The translations under genes and the position numbers were made by a program. Below, one piece after another: positions 12,266 to 25,822 of a DNA stretch of 64,000 nucleotides. The stretch is from NCBI RefSeq assembly GCF_009914755.1, contig NC_060942.1. One strand, 5' to 3'. Every line of letters begins with the position of its first letter. The stretch's first letter is position 1. The DNA is from the human T2T-CHM13v2.0 reference genome, Homo sapiens. The notes below the pieces were generated by a model. The model was not told where the DNA came from, ran no database searches, and was given only the letters and a program-made list of their open reading frames with translations.

Positions 12266-13101
12266 CCTAAAATAAATAATCCACATAATTGTAAATGAAA
12301 CACATCAAGGATTTGAGTTAATAGCCTCTGAGCAGCATTAATATAGCCATTAGACTGGAGTATTTGTTATCAAGAGGGCCAGAGAACCCACCGCTAAAGC
12401 CGTAGGGTGGGAGGAACCCTGGATTGCAGCTACATGGCTTATGTTGGGAGTTTGTAACAGCCCCAAGCTGAAACCAGCTTCTACACCCATGACTGTTGAG
12501 TGAGGCAAACACAAACAAGTGGTGAAATGAAAAAATATATGACGGCAACCAGGATATATAAACTGAAATATTCTTGAACTCATTTTCCCAACAGTACTGA
12601 CATACTCAAGTCAGGATAGATCCACAGGAACAGGCCTTGCATTCCATGGTTAAGAGGATTCTAGAGTCTGTCTGCACTGACGTGGCAACCAACTCTAGAG
12701 CGGACTCTGAAATTGCCTAGTGTGCTAACAATCCAAACCACGAGCATAGGATAGGGTGATAGGGAAAATGGGGACTCCTTGGACCCTCATGAGCTGAGCA
12801 CATTACCCCACATGTCTTCAACTGAAGCATCCTGAATTGAACTTGGTAGTCCGTACTGGAATGACAGATTGTGCTTGACTAAGTTGTCCTAGTTGTCCTG
12901 TGCTTCTTTCTCCAGCTGGTTTCTGCCATATCTGGCCTTCAGCTCCTATATGTCTTGTTTTGCAGCTATACTCTTCCTTTATTAAGTATTTTCTCCCTCT
13001 TTGGGTATATCTGCCTGTCCCTTCACATAGACCCAGTGCTTCATGTCTCCCTTTCCCTCTCCCTCTCCCTCTACTTAATAGTTGCGTTGTCCCTCAACCC
13101 A

Positions 13102-13146
13102 GAAAATCCTATGAGGATTTGTAAATGAAATCCTCATAGGATTTTC
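13102..13146. repeat. Perfect 19-bp inverted repeat with 7-nt spacer
   Basis: GAAAATCCTATGAGGATTT gtaaatg AAATCCTCATAGGATTTTC. Confidence 0.97.
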
Positions 13147-14118
13147 CTAAAGCACAGTGTAAGGTACCAGCTACTGTGTTCTCCCACTATTTAACAGAGG
13201 TATCAACTAGATCCCCTTTAAGAGGCATTTGTCATCTCTATTTCCTTCTGCTTACAGCCCATGCTCTTCCACCACTATTATATCCAACTGTCTACTTCTG
13301 GATTTTCAAAAAGCAAATGTTGAATTAAAAATGGGCCATCCCTTTGGAAAACTCCTGTTAGAATAACCCAATAACTCACACCCCAAGGAGATTACAGAAG
13401 ACTTTCACATGGGCTACTAGCCCTACATCCCATGGAAATAAATTTGGAGCAGTGTTCTAGAACAAAGACAGCTACAGGGAAGCACTCCCACAAAAACAAA
13501 GAAAATGCATGCTGTTGCAGACTTCAAGAGGTCCCTCAGTACTCTGCCCCAAATATTACTGATTGTCCCTAAAAATATCATAGTATGAATAATATAAAAA
13601 ACCTTAGATTAGAATAATAAAATCGAGCTAATGAGATGAGTATTTCAAGCACCACTACATCATAGGTGAGATATATATAGTGGGATACCCCAGGCAGTGA
13701 ATCCTGAAAAAAAAAAAAAAAAAAGTCATTGGCTCGACTGAGCAAGAAAATTTGTGCAGAAAAATGGGAACCAAATTGCAGGGATTCGGGAATAATGGTG
13801 CACTCGCCCTAACCACTTGAGCAGATCCAAAAAATAAGGTATTTGGAAGAAATTAAATGCCCCACCTGCTTATGTTCTTCAATGATTAATGGCTTTCCAA
13901 TAAAATGTATACAGTAGAACCTACCTCTTCATATATTTGAAAAGTTTCAAGTGTTTATATAGACACTCCCAAAGGTAGTTAGTTTGACATAATGTATGCA
14001 GCCCATAGCAACAGTTAAGAAATTAGCATCTAATCCAATATTGTATAACTCACAAATTGGAAAACATGACTAATAACAGTTTTTTACTGAATTTTAACTC
14101 CAATTACAGCTAAATCGT

Positions 14119-14119
<1 letters not shown>

Positions 14120-14149
<30 letters not shown>
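14120..14149. repeat. (TG)n microsatellite
   Basis: About 15 units, directly visible. Confidence 0.95.
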
Positions 14150-14151
<2 letters not shown>

Positions 14152-14218
14152 TAAGTCAGTTGTGTCAGAAAAATCAATGGCTTGAATTTCCACTTATCTT
14201 TTAGAAGTGTTTCATGTT

Positions 14219-14525
<307 letters not shown>

Positions 14526-15987
14526 AAGTGTCTCATGTTGAACAAAATCCAGCAACTGAACATCGTTGCTTTTTAAATAGACTACTACTTTCAAAACAGC
14601 TACTGAATTATCTCGACTATCTTATTATTCTCAATAGTTTCTGTTTTGGTAAGAATTACCTTGTAGGTGACAATTTACTGAGAATGATGGAAATGTCAAG
14701 GAACAGCTTCTCTATCTAAGTCAGGGATGACTGACTACCTGACACTTCTTATGTGGAAACAAAATGCTGACTGGTGGGCAGCATCACTTTTCTGAGAAAA
14801 GATAGAAATTGAAGTCTTTTGTGTATCACTCCTTTTGCACCGATAACTTTTGAACTTCTATCTTCCTATTAAGGCTAAAGAAAGATTAGTATCTTGGCAA
14901 AAAAAAAAAAAATTAAATGATTTTTAAAGGCAAGCTAAGAAGGAAAGTCTTGCACATTGATGAGTTCTAGAAAAAAAAAATCAACCCATTTCTGCTAAAA
15001 TGAAGTAAATGTATTTTGTATATATTCCATTTGGAAAACAATGAAAAGCAGACTAACCAATTTTGAAACAACATAAGTTTTCAAATAAAGGGATGGGAAC
15101 TCTTAAAATCAAAATCTAGACTGGAATAAATACCAGATTATCAGTAAGAATCTGGTCTTTATAGGAAATATATCTCAAACTGAATTTTCTGCTTCCTTTT
15201 ATTTAGCTAAAAAGTAATTATTGTAGCTTTAGTAAACTTCAAGTCTTTAAATTTCATGGGCAGTATTTTTTACTGTTAAAAAAAGTGCTTTTGTGCAAAG
15301 CTTCAAATCTTCAACTCTTTCAGGGATAACTGAAATTTTTGCTTAAAAAAGAAAGACACTAAAACAATGTCAAATCTCATTCTAAAAATACTACCTACAT
15401 TTTAGTTTGGCATCTGAAAAATGATGCCCACATATGCCCACACCAAATACAACGACAAGCTGGCCAACTTCAAGGGCAAACAAAACCAGTCTGAACACTG
15501 CAAAACATGCTTGCTCTTATATTTGCACCTTACTAATACAGCAATGAAGTTTGGATAGGATACTGGAAGTGAACAGGGATTTCATTAGGCTTTTTTTTTC
15601 CTGTAACATTTACTTTTTGGCCACAAGACCCTAGACACAATTTCACAGTACAGATCATGCATAGCTTGCAAGTCAAACGTTTTACAGGTACTGTCTAACT
15701 ACTATTTTTGGACAATAGGTTAACATGCAGCTAATGATCCCAGAAAAGGGGCTTAATAAAGCATTCTTTAAGCTTCACTGATCATTCCTTGGCCTAAAAT
15801 CTATAAGCAACAGTTCCAAAGGGCAACAATGAATTTTTACTGTCATACTTGAGATCACATACTTTTTAAGCCCAGAAAGGAATGTTTTGCCTTTTGCCAA
15901 CTGCATGTCACTAGCCCACAAACTCTCACCTTAGCCTCACTGTTACTCCATTAATACCTTGATGCTGGATCCCCAAGCGCTATCACC

Positions 15988-16201
15988 CAGAACTGCATCG
16001 TTCAATATGGCAGCCACTAGACACATAGGGCTATTTAAATTTAAGCTAATTAAAATTAAATAAAATTTGAAATCCAGTTCTTCCCTTGTAGTAACCCCAT
16101 TTTAACTGCCTAAAAGTCAATGTGCCTGGTGGCTACCGTACCAGACGGCACAGGTTTTCGAGCATTTCCATCATCACAGAAAGCCCTATTGAACAGTGCC
16201 A
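15988..16201. mobile_element. MER3-like hAT-Charlie DNA element
   Basis: caatatggcagccactagacacat...aattaaaattaaataaaat...ggtggctaccgta...ctattgaacagtgc. Confidence 0.75.
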
Positions 16202-17104
16202 ATCTAGAAGATCTCACAGGTTATACCATCACATGGTTTAACCTTCAAGGGACCCAATCTGTAAGCCATGCAAAAAATTAAACTTAATTCTATTTTTAAA
16301 GAAAACATCTTAGAGCTTTCTGATCATTAAGTATGACTGGAACCAAAAACCAAGTTGCCTTTTCATCACAACTTATGCCCCAAGTCATTATACAAAATTT
16401 TTCCAAAGACAATGCTTCTTAGTAGCATTCTTGGCTCTACTTAACATATTAAGCATTCTCTTCCTTATTTCAAGATCATTAATAAAGATGAAAATTCATG
16501 CTTCTTATAGTTTACTATTTATACAACACTCACTGTCCTTTACATACAAGTGGGGTGGGAGGTTTGGACACCAATGTTTTACAATTTTAAAAATTCAAAC
16601 CACATGGTTTGATAGTTGTTTTTCAACATCTATACTCATCCCTAAGTCAACCCTCCTTTCATTTTCCCAGAGAGGTAGATGCTAACTAAAATGAGTACAT
16701 AAACCTACAAAAAAATTCTTTAAAGCAATAGTTGACTCAGTAAAGGGTATTCATCAACCCTAGAAAGGATCATAGCCAGATAGAGATATAGACAGACCTA
16801 GGATGGAGCAAGAAGACACTCCAGTGCGAAGTTCATATCCCCCCTTTTCTGCAGAATTACAAAACGGACTCATCTACAAAATGAAGCCACCGGAGGCTGC
16901 TTTCAGCTCTTTCTGTGCTTTCCAGTTGTGACTTTTCATTAATGTGCAAGTATGAATCCTGGCCTCTTGTGTCAGTGGACTTTGGTCACATGGGTAGATG
17001 TGTTTGTTAAGGGTCATTGGTAAATGCCAGAAGAGGCCAGAGCAATGGGATGCCAAGCAACATTAAAACATCATTAAGCCTATAAAATTCTATCTGGGAG
17101 ACTG

Positions 17105-17108
<4 letters not shown>

Positions 17109-17156
<48 letters not shown>
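17109..17156. repeat. Compound (TC)11(AC)13 microsatellite
   Basis: Directly visible. Confidence 0.95.
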
Positions 17157-17162
<6 letters not shown>

Positions 17163-19692
17163 AAGAATGCACACCCCAACAAAAAGGTACACAAATAACT
17201 GCAAGCAGATCCATTTAAACAATTTAAACAATGTTTCTTAGGTCAGTAAGACTCACAAAAAAAATCTGATTTTGGTTGTTGTTGTTAAATTTAAGGTCAA
17301 GAATCTACCATACAGCCGATTAATTTTGCACTGCTTAATGGCAACTCTAGCATGGGATTGTTTTTAAGTAAAAGTTCTATGGACATTTTTACTCTACAGA
17401 TTTGCACTAAGAAACACAGGACACTATCATCACACACATTAGTGTCTATATCTAACCTACTTTAACAAGTAGAACTCTATCACGTACTATACTACAGGGT
17501 CAGTCATTTCACACTGTACAGAAACATATGCAGATATCACTCACAAAATTAATCTGAATATGGCATAGCTTAAAATTGCAAGGGCAAAGTCTATTCGAAA
17601 TGTAGCATTCTTAATGCAACACTTCTGTGGTGTGTGTGTGTGTGTATTTTCCTCCAAGAGAAATAGAAATTAGGTCAGACATGCATTACGGCAGCCTGGG
17701 AGAGTTTGAGAAATTGACACTAACCCAACAGTATATTATGTTATGTAATAGAGGATAGTATTCAGCTAATATGACACCTAAATTATTAATACCAAATAAA
17801 TCCTAGATTATTTGTTGTATAATGCCCAAGAGCTTACACAATAAAATGGCATTTTAACCTAATTTCTATTTTGAGCTTTCAAATACATTTCCTAAAGGTT
17901 TTATGATCAATTTGAAAAATCAGAGCTCACAATTTTATGTTGAATTCTCATGCCAATTAGCAGTATTAGCTTTGTATTCTAGCCATTATATTTTTGTTTT
18001 ATTTCACATTAATTCCATCACTTTTATATGCATATTTTGTGCTGCTTGAAGATAACAGATAGCATGTAAATAAATTAAATTGTCTTGACCTCACAGGGCT
18101 ATTTTCTAGCCTTGCTTTTTGGAATTAGCCCTGCTTGTCTTTCCTTCACTTCCCCCCACCCTCCTCACCATTTTCAGGGATTCAGTGGAACATAAAAACA
18201 GTTATATTTATAAGTGGAGTCCTTGTCACATACCACTTGCTTCATGAATTCCATAAAAGAAGTTAGATGAGAGCTGTAAAGCTCACAGCTATTTCTGAAT
18301 GCACATGCACCCAGGGATAGGAATTTATCACGTACTTGTAGCAGATCTTTCTTCATGAGCATCTATAGATCATTACACATTTAAGAACATTTGACAGTTT
18401 ATGAGGAACTGGTCCACTTATATTGGGAATTTGAGCTGTTAGTTTACCTTGCCACCTTTCTTGGTAAAAACGTGTTAAAATACAGGAGATCTTCTCTCAT
18501 ATCAACAAGAGGAAACAGGAATTCTAACTGGCTTAACTCTTGTGGAAGAGCATCTTTCAAAAAAGAATCACAGGCCATTTATTAAAATGCCCGCCTGGGT
18601 TGACCATCAGTCACAACACTCATGGCCAGTGCAAGACTCCAAAACCAGGAGAAAAGACACTCTTCTGTTACTCTCCATTTGCCTCTTACAAAATGCAGGA
18701 CTTAAATACACAGAAGAGGAGCGAGTGTTGCAGGTGACGTGTAGGAGACCACTCGCTGGGTCAAGATGTCCAAGAAGTGGCCACCGCTTCAGAGACTTGA
18801 CTCATTCATGCCCAATGAAGTCTTCATCCCAGGATTCTTCAGCAAAGACTCAAACACCTGAGGTAAATCAAATTAGACACACACACATACGCACACAAAT
18901 ACACAATATTTACATTTGAAATTCTTATTTTGTGAGATGGCTTGAGGAAAATCGGCATACAGGTTTTCCCATGGGATTAGACATTTCTCATGATTTCTCG
19001 GTTTATTGCTCCCCTGTTGAGCTTTCAGTTCCATAAACACGTAGCAAGCTCTAATTACAAGTGAAGAAAATGAAGGTTCATGACAAAACACAACACATTG
19101 GAGACACTTGTTCAAATATTTCCTCCAAATAAAATGACTGTCCATTTTGACTTATTTTGTTTTGGTGCCATTCAAAATGTATTAAAAGCCTTAGCAACTA
19201 AATGAAGACTGGGTTTCAATAAAAAGAAAAAAAAAATAAAGAAGCCAGCAGTGCATGTCTTCACTGAATTTTTACACGGATTCGCAGGTTTAATTCTACT
19301 TGTCTACAGAGCATCTTTGTTTGAATCTACCGCATTTAGAGAAGGTCACATTGTACGCACTTGTACAGTTTAACGTCTAAGTAGAATATGTCTATCTTGT
19401 AACATGATTTTGAAAAATCATAAATTACAGTCCATTGAATACATGATTATGAGGATGCATGCAATCATCTTCCAAGCTGTTGCCATCAACACTCAGAACA
19501 ATTCACCTGGTATCTTGTTGAGACCGCACCTTCTGCCCTTTGTGTCTGTCTTGGGGTAATCAAGAGGCAACCCAGAGGCCAGCGCTCAGCACCAAATGGT
19601 CAGTGTTGCCCCCCATCTTCTCACTGGGATCTCATCATCAACCTGCTCAACCCCTAAGTTGGCACCCACAAGAGACTTCCCTGCAGCCCTCT

Positions 19693-20304
19693 TCAGCCAC
19701 AGGATATCACAGTGAAGCGCTTAGAAATGCAAGACATGTTGTGAAGCACGATGCCGAGGAGGAAGACCAAGACGCAAGCCACCAAGATGACAGTGCACAC
19801 CCCCGACCACGTGGAGCTTTTCACCACGCCCCGCCTGTCCTGCTCCTCCTCCACCGCCTCCTGGGGAGCCCCACCTTGCAGAGGCTGCTGTTCAGCAGGG
19901 ATGGTCACCACGGTGACAGACTTCTGCTGGCTCCCGGGCAGCAGGCGGCAGCCCATGTCTCCGGGCAGCAGCGCACGCTCCTTGGAGATGGGCAGGGGCA
20001 GCATGTAGCACCCATTGCTGGGAAGTTTGATGAAGACCGGGGTGTGTTCGGAAGTGTGTGGAATGGCGATGACAGCCAGGACCTCCGGGTCGTCCGGGAG
20101 CTGCGACACGGAGAATCCGGGGGGCAGCTTGGTGACACCGCGGCACCAGGGGCACCGCACATCCTTCTGGCTGGTCCTCATCTGCTGCAGGCACACTGAA
20201 CAGCAGGTGTGCTTGCAGTCCAGCAACTTGGGCCTGCGCCGGGGGCTGTAGTAATTGAAACAGATCTGACATTCCAGCAGAGAGTCCTGGGACAGCGTCT
20301 CCAT
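19693..20304 (-). CDS. RNF152: RING finger protein 152, transmembrane E3 ubiquitin ligase (203 aa, single coding exon)
   Basis: ORF METLSQDSLLECQICFNYYSPRRRPKLLDCKHTCCSVC...CPWC has C3HC4 RING spacing (C12,C15,C30,H32,C35,C38,C51,C54). C-terminal hydrophobic helix GVCTVILVACVLVFLLGIVL. Strong Kozak ccACCATGG. CpG/GC-rich relative to flanks. Sequence recognised as human RNF152. Confidence 0.98.
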   Translation of the reverse strand: METLSQDSLLECQICFNYYSPRRRPKLLDCKHTCCSVCLQQMRTSQKDVRCPWCRGVTKLPPGFSVSQLPDDPEVLAVIAIPHTSEHTPVFIKLPSNGCYMLPLPISKERALLPGDMGCRLLPGSQQKSVTVVTIPAEQQPLQGGAPQEAVEEEQDRRGVVKSSTWSGVCTVILVACVLVFLLGIVLHNMSCISKRFTVISCG

Positions 20305-20439
20305 GGTGGACCGTGAGCAGGAAGGGCAAGGCCAAGGTGAAGGGGAAGGAGCTGCTTCTCAGAGGCCACCGCCCTGTGTCTTTGCAGTGCAGGTAATGGC
20401 AAGCTCACAGGCATCCAGTACTCACAGGTGTGTTCATTT

Positions 20440-20470
20440 CTGAGAGAGACAAATAATGCAAACAATCTTA
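20440..20470 (-). other. RNF152: 3' splice acceptor of the RNF152 coding exon (exon begins at 20439, 135 nt before the ATG)
   Basis: Minus strand reads ...ttgtttgcattatttgtctctctcAG|aaatgaac: pyrimidine tract plus CAG at 20442-20440. Confidence 0.85.
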
Positions 20471-21225
20471 ATTATTTCAAAGAAGTTGAGATGTCAACAT
20501 ATCTAATGGATTTATACCATTGCTCAAAAGTCTTGACACTGGGCCAAAAGCCTAAAAATTTACCAGTCTTGAGACTACAGGATTCCCATAACGCCCAGTG
20601 AAAGGCGAATGAAAGTTGTCTCAGAGAGCATGTCATGGCAAATACTTAGTTCATTTCTAAAAAAATGAACAACTCCAATAGTTGTAGACGATGCATCTGT
20701 ATTTCATAAAGAGGGCGTCTTTTGTTTCTGTTTTGTACATTTAAGCAAGCTCTGGGTCATCCTTCTAAAATATACTAGAGAAACTTTCCTGCTTCCAATA
20801 AGTTCATAGCATTTCCTAGAAGTAAATTTCTCTCCTTAGATCCTCTGACCTTTTTTCCTGACTCTACTTACCCACTTGTAAGTCTTAATTGCAAGATTTA
20901 GGCAACTTCACAAACCTAGGTACTTCCTATAACTAACTCGCTCAGTTTACATATATGGGTTAGGATTGTTCCTCTTCACAGAGAAGTAAAGTGACACTGC
21001 AGAAGAAGCACACGAAGGCATCTTTCATCTCTCCCAACAAATCATTTGAAGAGAACAAAACAAAAAACCCCAAACAGCAACAAAACCAAAAGCAGCAGTG
21101 AAGCTTAAGGCAGTGTGGATCACAAAGGCACACTCATCACAAAGGCATCACTGACATTTTCCAGTCAGTTCTTTTTGTTTCATTACTACTTAGGCTTGTA
21201 CCAAGTAACACAACTAAAAGCAAGT

Positions 21226-21504
21226 ACGATTGACCCATGAACAACACAGGTTTGAACCACATGGATCCACTTAAGTACGAATTTTTTGAATAGATACGGT
21301 CAGCCCTTTCTATGAGTGGGTTCTGCATCTGCGACCAAATGACATCAAAAATACAGCGTTCTCAGGATGCAAAGCCCCTGTATACCGAGGGCCATCTTTT
21401 CATATTCTTGGGTTTTATAGCACCAACTGTGGGCCTTGAGTATTCACAGGTTTTGGTATACATGGGGGTCCTGGAACCAATGCCCTCAGATAGAGAGATG
21501 ACTG
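21226..21504. mobile_element. TcMar-Tigger non-autonomous element
   Basis: ttgacccatgaacaacacaggtttgaac start; gggggtcctggaaccaat...gatgactg end. Confidence 0.7.
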
Positions 21505-21982
21505 AACCATTAATTCACTAATTGAAATCAAATATTCTATAGTTAAAGGTTGACAGGGAAGTCTGGCAAGCATTCCTCATTGTAAAAAAAAAAAAAAAGT
21601 GTTAGCATCCTGGTATGGAGGGGAGGCAGAGAAACTTAGTTCAACTTCACTGAAGTTTGGGAATGTCCTCTAACGCTCCACTGGCATTTCAGTAAGGGCT
21701 GCCTGACTCAGTTTCCCATTGAAAGCATCCAAATTATGTGTCCCTGGATGGAGCCATGATGACTCTAGAAAGAATTACACAACCACTATTGCAGAAAAAA
21801 TTGCTAGTCCTAGAACCCCACCAACACCTAGAGATGGGAGCTATAACACTCCTTCACATTTTTCTTAAAAGTGACCCTTCTTTTTCCTTTCCAATTTCCT
21901 TTGTGAAATTAAGAAAGCACTCCCCCATCATGATATATAATGTGTTAACAATCAAAATTAAGAATGCACCAAAAACCAACCT

Positions 21983-22300
<318 letters not shown>

Positions 22301-22469
22301 AGCAAACCAGTTCAAAGACAAAAATAACCACTGTTAAAAACTAGTAACAATGAAAAGATCAACATACTTTAAAATACATTAGCTATATTAGAAACACTTA
22401 AGTTACTGAAAGTGAAATACAGTAATGTAGCATTCAGGAAGTTCATATCAGGATCAACTACATAGCTAT

Positions 22470-23570
22470 CCACTAATTCAAAAAATATTTATGGAATATC
22501 TATTATGCACAAAGCACAAAGCTAAATACTGTAGGATATAAATCACACCCAGATTCTACCCGAAAACAACTTAAACCTAGGTAAGAAGGAACACACGAAT
22601 ATATTTTTTCTTTCATTCATTTATTCATTCAAATTTTCATTGCATATCTACTATGTGTCAAGCGTGATGTTCCTTTTTGTCCCTTGTAACTAAGATCTTG
22701 TCATTGCCCATAAGAAAGTCCTGGCCTAGAGATGGGAGCGCTAAGTACTTAGACAATTGTAACGTAAATACAAGGTACCCTAAGGGAGCCGAAGGAATCA
22801 GGGGGAGTTTAGTGAAAAATCTGGATTATCGAATTAGACACAAAAAATCAGGGGACAGGCTATTTTCAGGTTATGGAATCAGCATGAGCAAAGGAAAGAA
22901 GGTAAGCGATTACAGAATTATTTTCTATTCTACCTGGGACACTGGCTAGAGGATTGTTTCTAATACTAGAGCAACTTACAGAAGTCTTCTCTAAGAGTTT
23001 GATCGTTTTAGCCCTTACAGTCTCTGATACAGATGTCTTTTAAAGAAATAAAACTCTCAGAGAACCTGCAAGCACTCTCCCCAGACCCAACCAGGGATAG
23101 CAGATCCCACAGGGAGGGGAGAAATGAGCTTAGTCAGGCACAGGCCAGAGACTGTGGACCGTGGGCAGCCCCCAGTGCCAGGCCAAGGATTCAGGAGTTT
23201 AGAGTGAGCAATGGGAAAACACCAGAAAGGTTAAGAGTAGCAGAACAATTCATTCAAGGGTAGACTGGAAAGACCTATTGGGAGGCTATTACATTAGGCA
23301 AGAGTTAAATGAGTAGCTGAAGTGAATAGTGATGATTAGGACAGAATGATGAGATGTGAGAAGAGGTTCACAGAATTCCAGCAGGATCTTGCAGAGTATT
23401 GCAATGAGGTTGTACAGTGAAAGAAGCCAAAAATGAAGCCTTTAGAGGAAGGTAATATCATTATGAGAAATAGGGATCATGAAGAGAAATACAATGAGTT
23501 CTGTTCAGGCCATATTCCACTGGAGGTGCTGGGGAAGGTATTTAAGTTATTTAGGAAGATATTAAAGAGT
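22470..23570 (-). mobile_element. L2 LINE fragments
   Basis: cattcatttattcattca and tctactatgtgtcaag L2 3'-end motifs followed by purine-rich L2-like sequence. Boundaries approximate. Confidence 0.5.
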
Positions 23571-23579
23571 CAAAGAGAA

Positions 23580-23881
<302 letters not shown>

Positions 23882-23887
23882 GAATCC

Positions 23888-24257
<370 letters not shown>

Positions 24258-24629
24258 TTAAAACAAAACAAAATACAGGGTTCGTTGGTGAATCCTGCTC
24301 TATCTGTCTCCAGGTGAAAGTGCACAGACAGCAATCAGGTGAGACTATGATTGACTCTACTGAGATGTAGCTGTGCCTGCGGGGAAGGATTGCTCACGTT
24401 GAGCTACGGGTGGGTAGGAACAATAAAATTGAGGCAGGGTACAAAATTTTACAGACTCCTGCAATTTTATGAATTTGGAGAGACTTTTCCTTAACAGGAA
24501 AACCCTCAATTGCAAATGAGGCTGGGGACAAAAATGTTTCATGACATCATATCAAAACAGTGACCACCGATTTATGTATAAACCTTCTTTCTTTCCATAC
24601 TATTTACCTTAACTTCTACATCACAATGT

Positions 24630-24840
24630 GGGAAGTAGCTCAGCAGAGTGGGAAGACTGGAGGTTTGGGACTCAAAGAACCTTGGGCTCAAAGCCTAGCT
24701 CTGTCACTAACCAGCTGTGATACCAGGCCAAAGTCATTTACCTTCTCTGAGCCTGCTTTCTCCCTGGCCAAGCAGGGATGATGGAGTTGTGGCTGAAGGT
24801 CAAGTGAGCTCATGGGATCCACATACTTCCACACAGTGAA
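24630..24840 (+). mobile_element. MIR SINE
   Basis: gctctgtcactaaccagctgtgatacc...aagtcatttaccttctctgagcct. Confidence 0.65.
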
Positions 24841-25476
24841 AGGTTCAGAGAGGACAGTGCTTGTTCTCCACTTCCTCTCCACTCAGTCTAGTGCTCTGCA
24901 CTGAGGCACATATCTGCCCAGAGGCACTTCCTGGCTATCAAAGAGCTGCCACTTGGAACAGCTTGGGAGGAGGCATGCAAGTGTTCTTCCTGGCCCTGCC
25001 CCAAGACCTGCGTACCATCATTGGTCAACAAAACCAATATGCAATTTTATTCATGAATTTATGTTCCAAGTAATGTTCCCTTAATTTGTGTTAAGCTCCC
25101 TTAAAATTAGATTATCCTATTCCATTTCCAATTCTATCCAAGTAAGTTCTAGGCCTTACAAGCCATTTTGACAGCAGCCTCTCTGATTTATGCACTGATT
25201 TGTTCTACATGAAGCCAGCCTGTACTGCATTCCAGTTTATTTTCTGGAGCGTAATTAGTAATGATGATGATTCGTTAGGTAAAGAGAAGGAAATTTATGA
25301 GGCTATGGAGTGAAGCTAATGATGGATCATTCTTTCCCCCTTTCATCATGAAGTCTAAAGATGTGCATCAACTATAGAAGAAAGAATGGAAACAAAGTCC
25401 ATGTAGACCAGAAAAGAAATTCAGAGTTCCCTGTCAAGCGTGTTATAATAAACACATATCAGTGATTACTTTAGAG

Positions 25477-25822
25477 CAAGGGTCTCCAACCCCCAGGCCA
25501 CCAACCAGTACCAGTCTACAACCTGTAAGGAACCAGGCTACATAGCAGAAGGTCAGCAGCTGGTGACAGACAATTACCGCCTGAGCTCCACCTCCCGTCA
25601 GATCAGCGATGGCATTAGATTCTCATAGGAGCACAAACCCTACTGTGAACTTCACATGCAAGGGATCTAGACTGCACACTCTTTATGAGGATCTAACTAA
25701 TGCCTGATGATCTGAGGTGGAACAGTTTCATCCTGAAACCATCGGTCCCTACCCATCCGTCCTGTGGAAAAATTGTCTTCCACAAAACCCATCCCTGGTG
25801 CCAAAAATGTTGGGGACTGCTG
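25477..25822 (+). mobile_element. MER1B hAT-Charlie element with 8-bp TSD
   Basis: TIR-like ends caagggtctccaac / gttggggactgctg. TSD ctttagag (25469-25476) / cttcagag (25823-25830). Confidence 0.88.

Noticed and set aside
19540-20199. 219-aa plus-strand ORF
   Set aside because: Antisense shadow of the GC-rich RNF152 CDS; non-ATG start; no recognisable domain.
19892-20335. 147-aa alternative-frame ORF overlapping RNF152
   Set aside because: TTG start. Its first ATG (20272) is downstream of the strong-Kozak main ATG, and open alternative frames are expected in GC-rich coding DNA.
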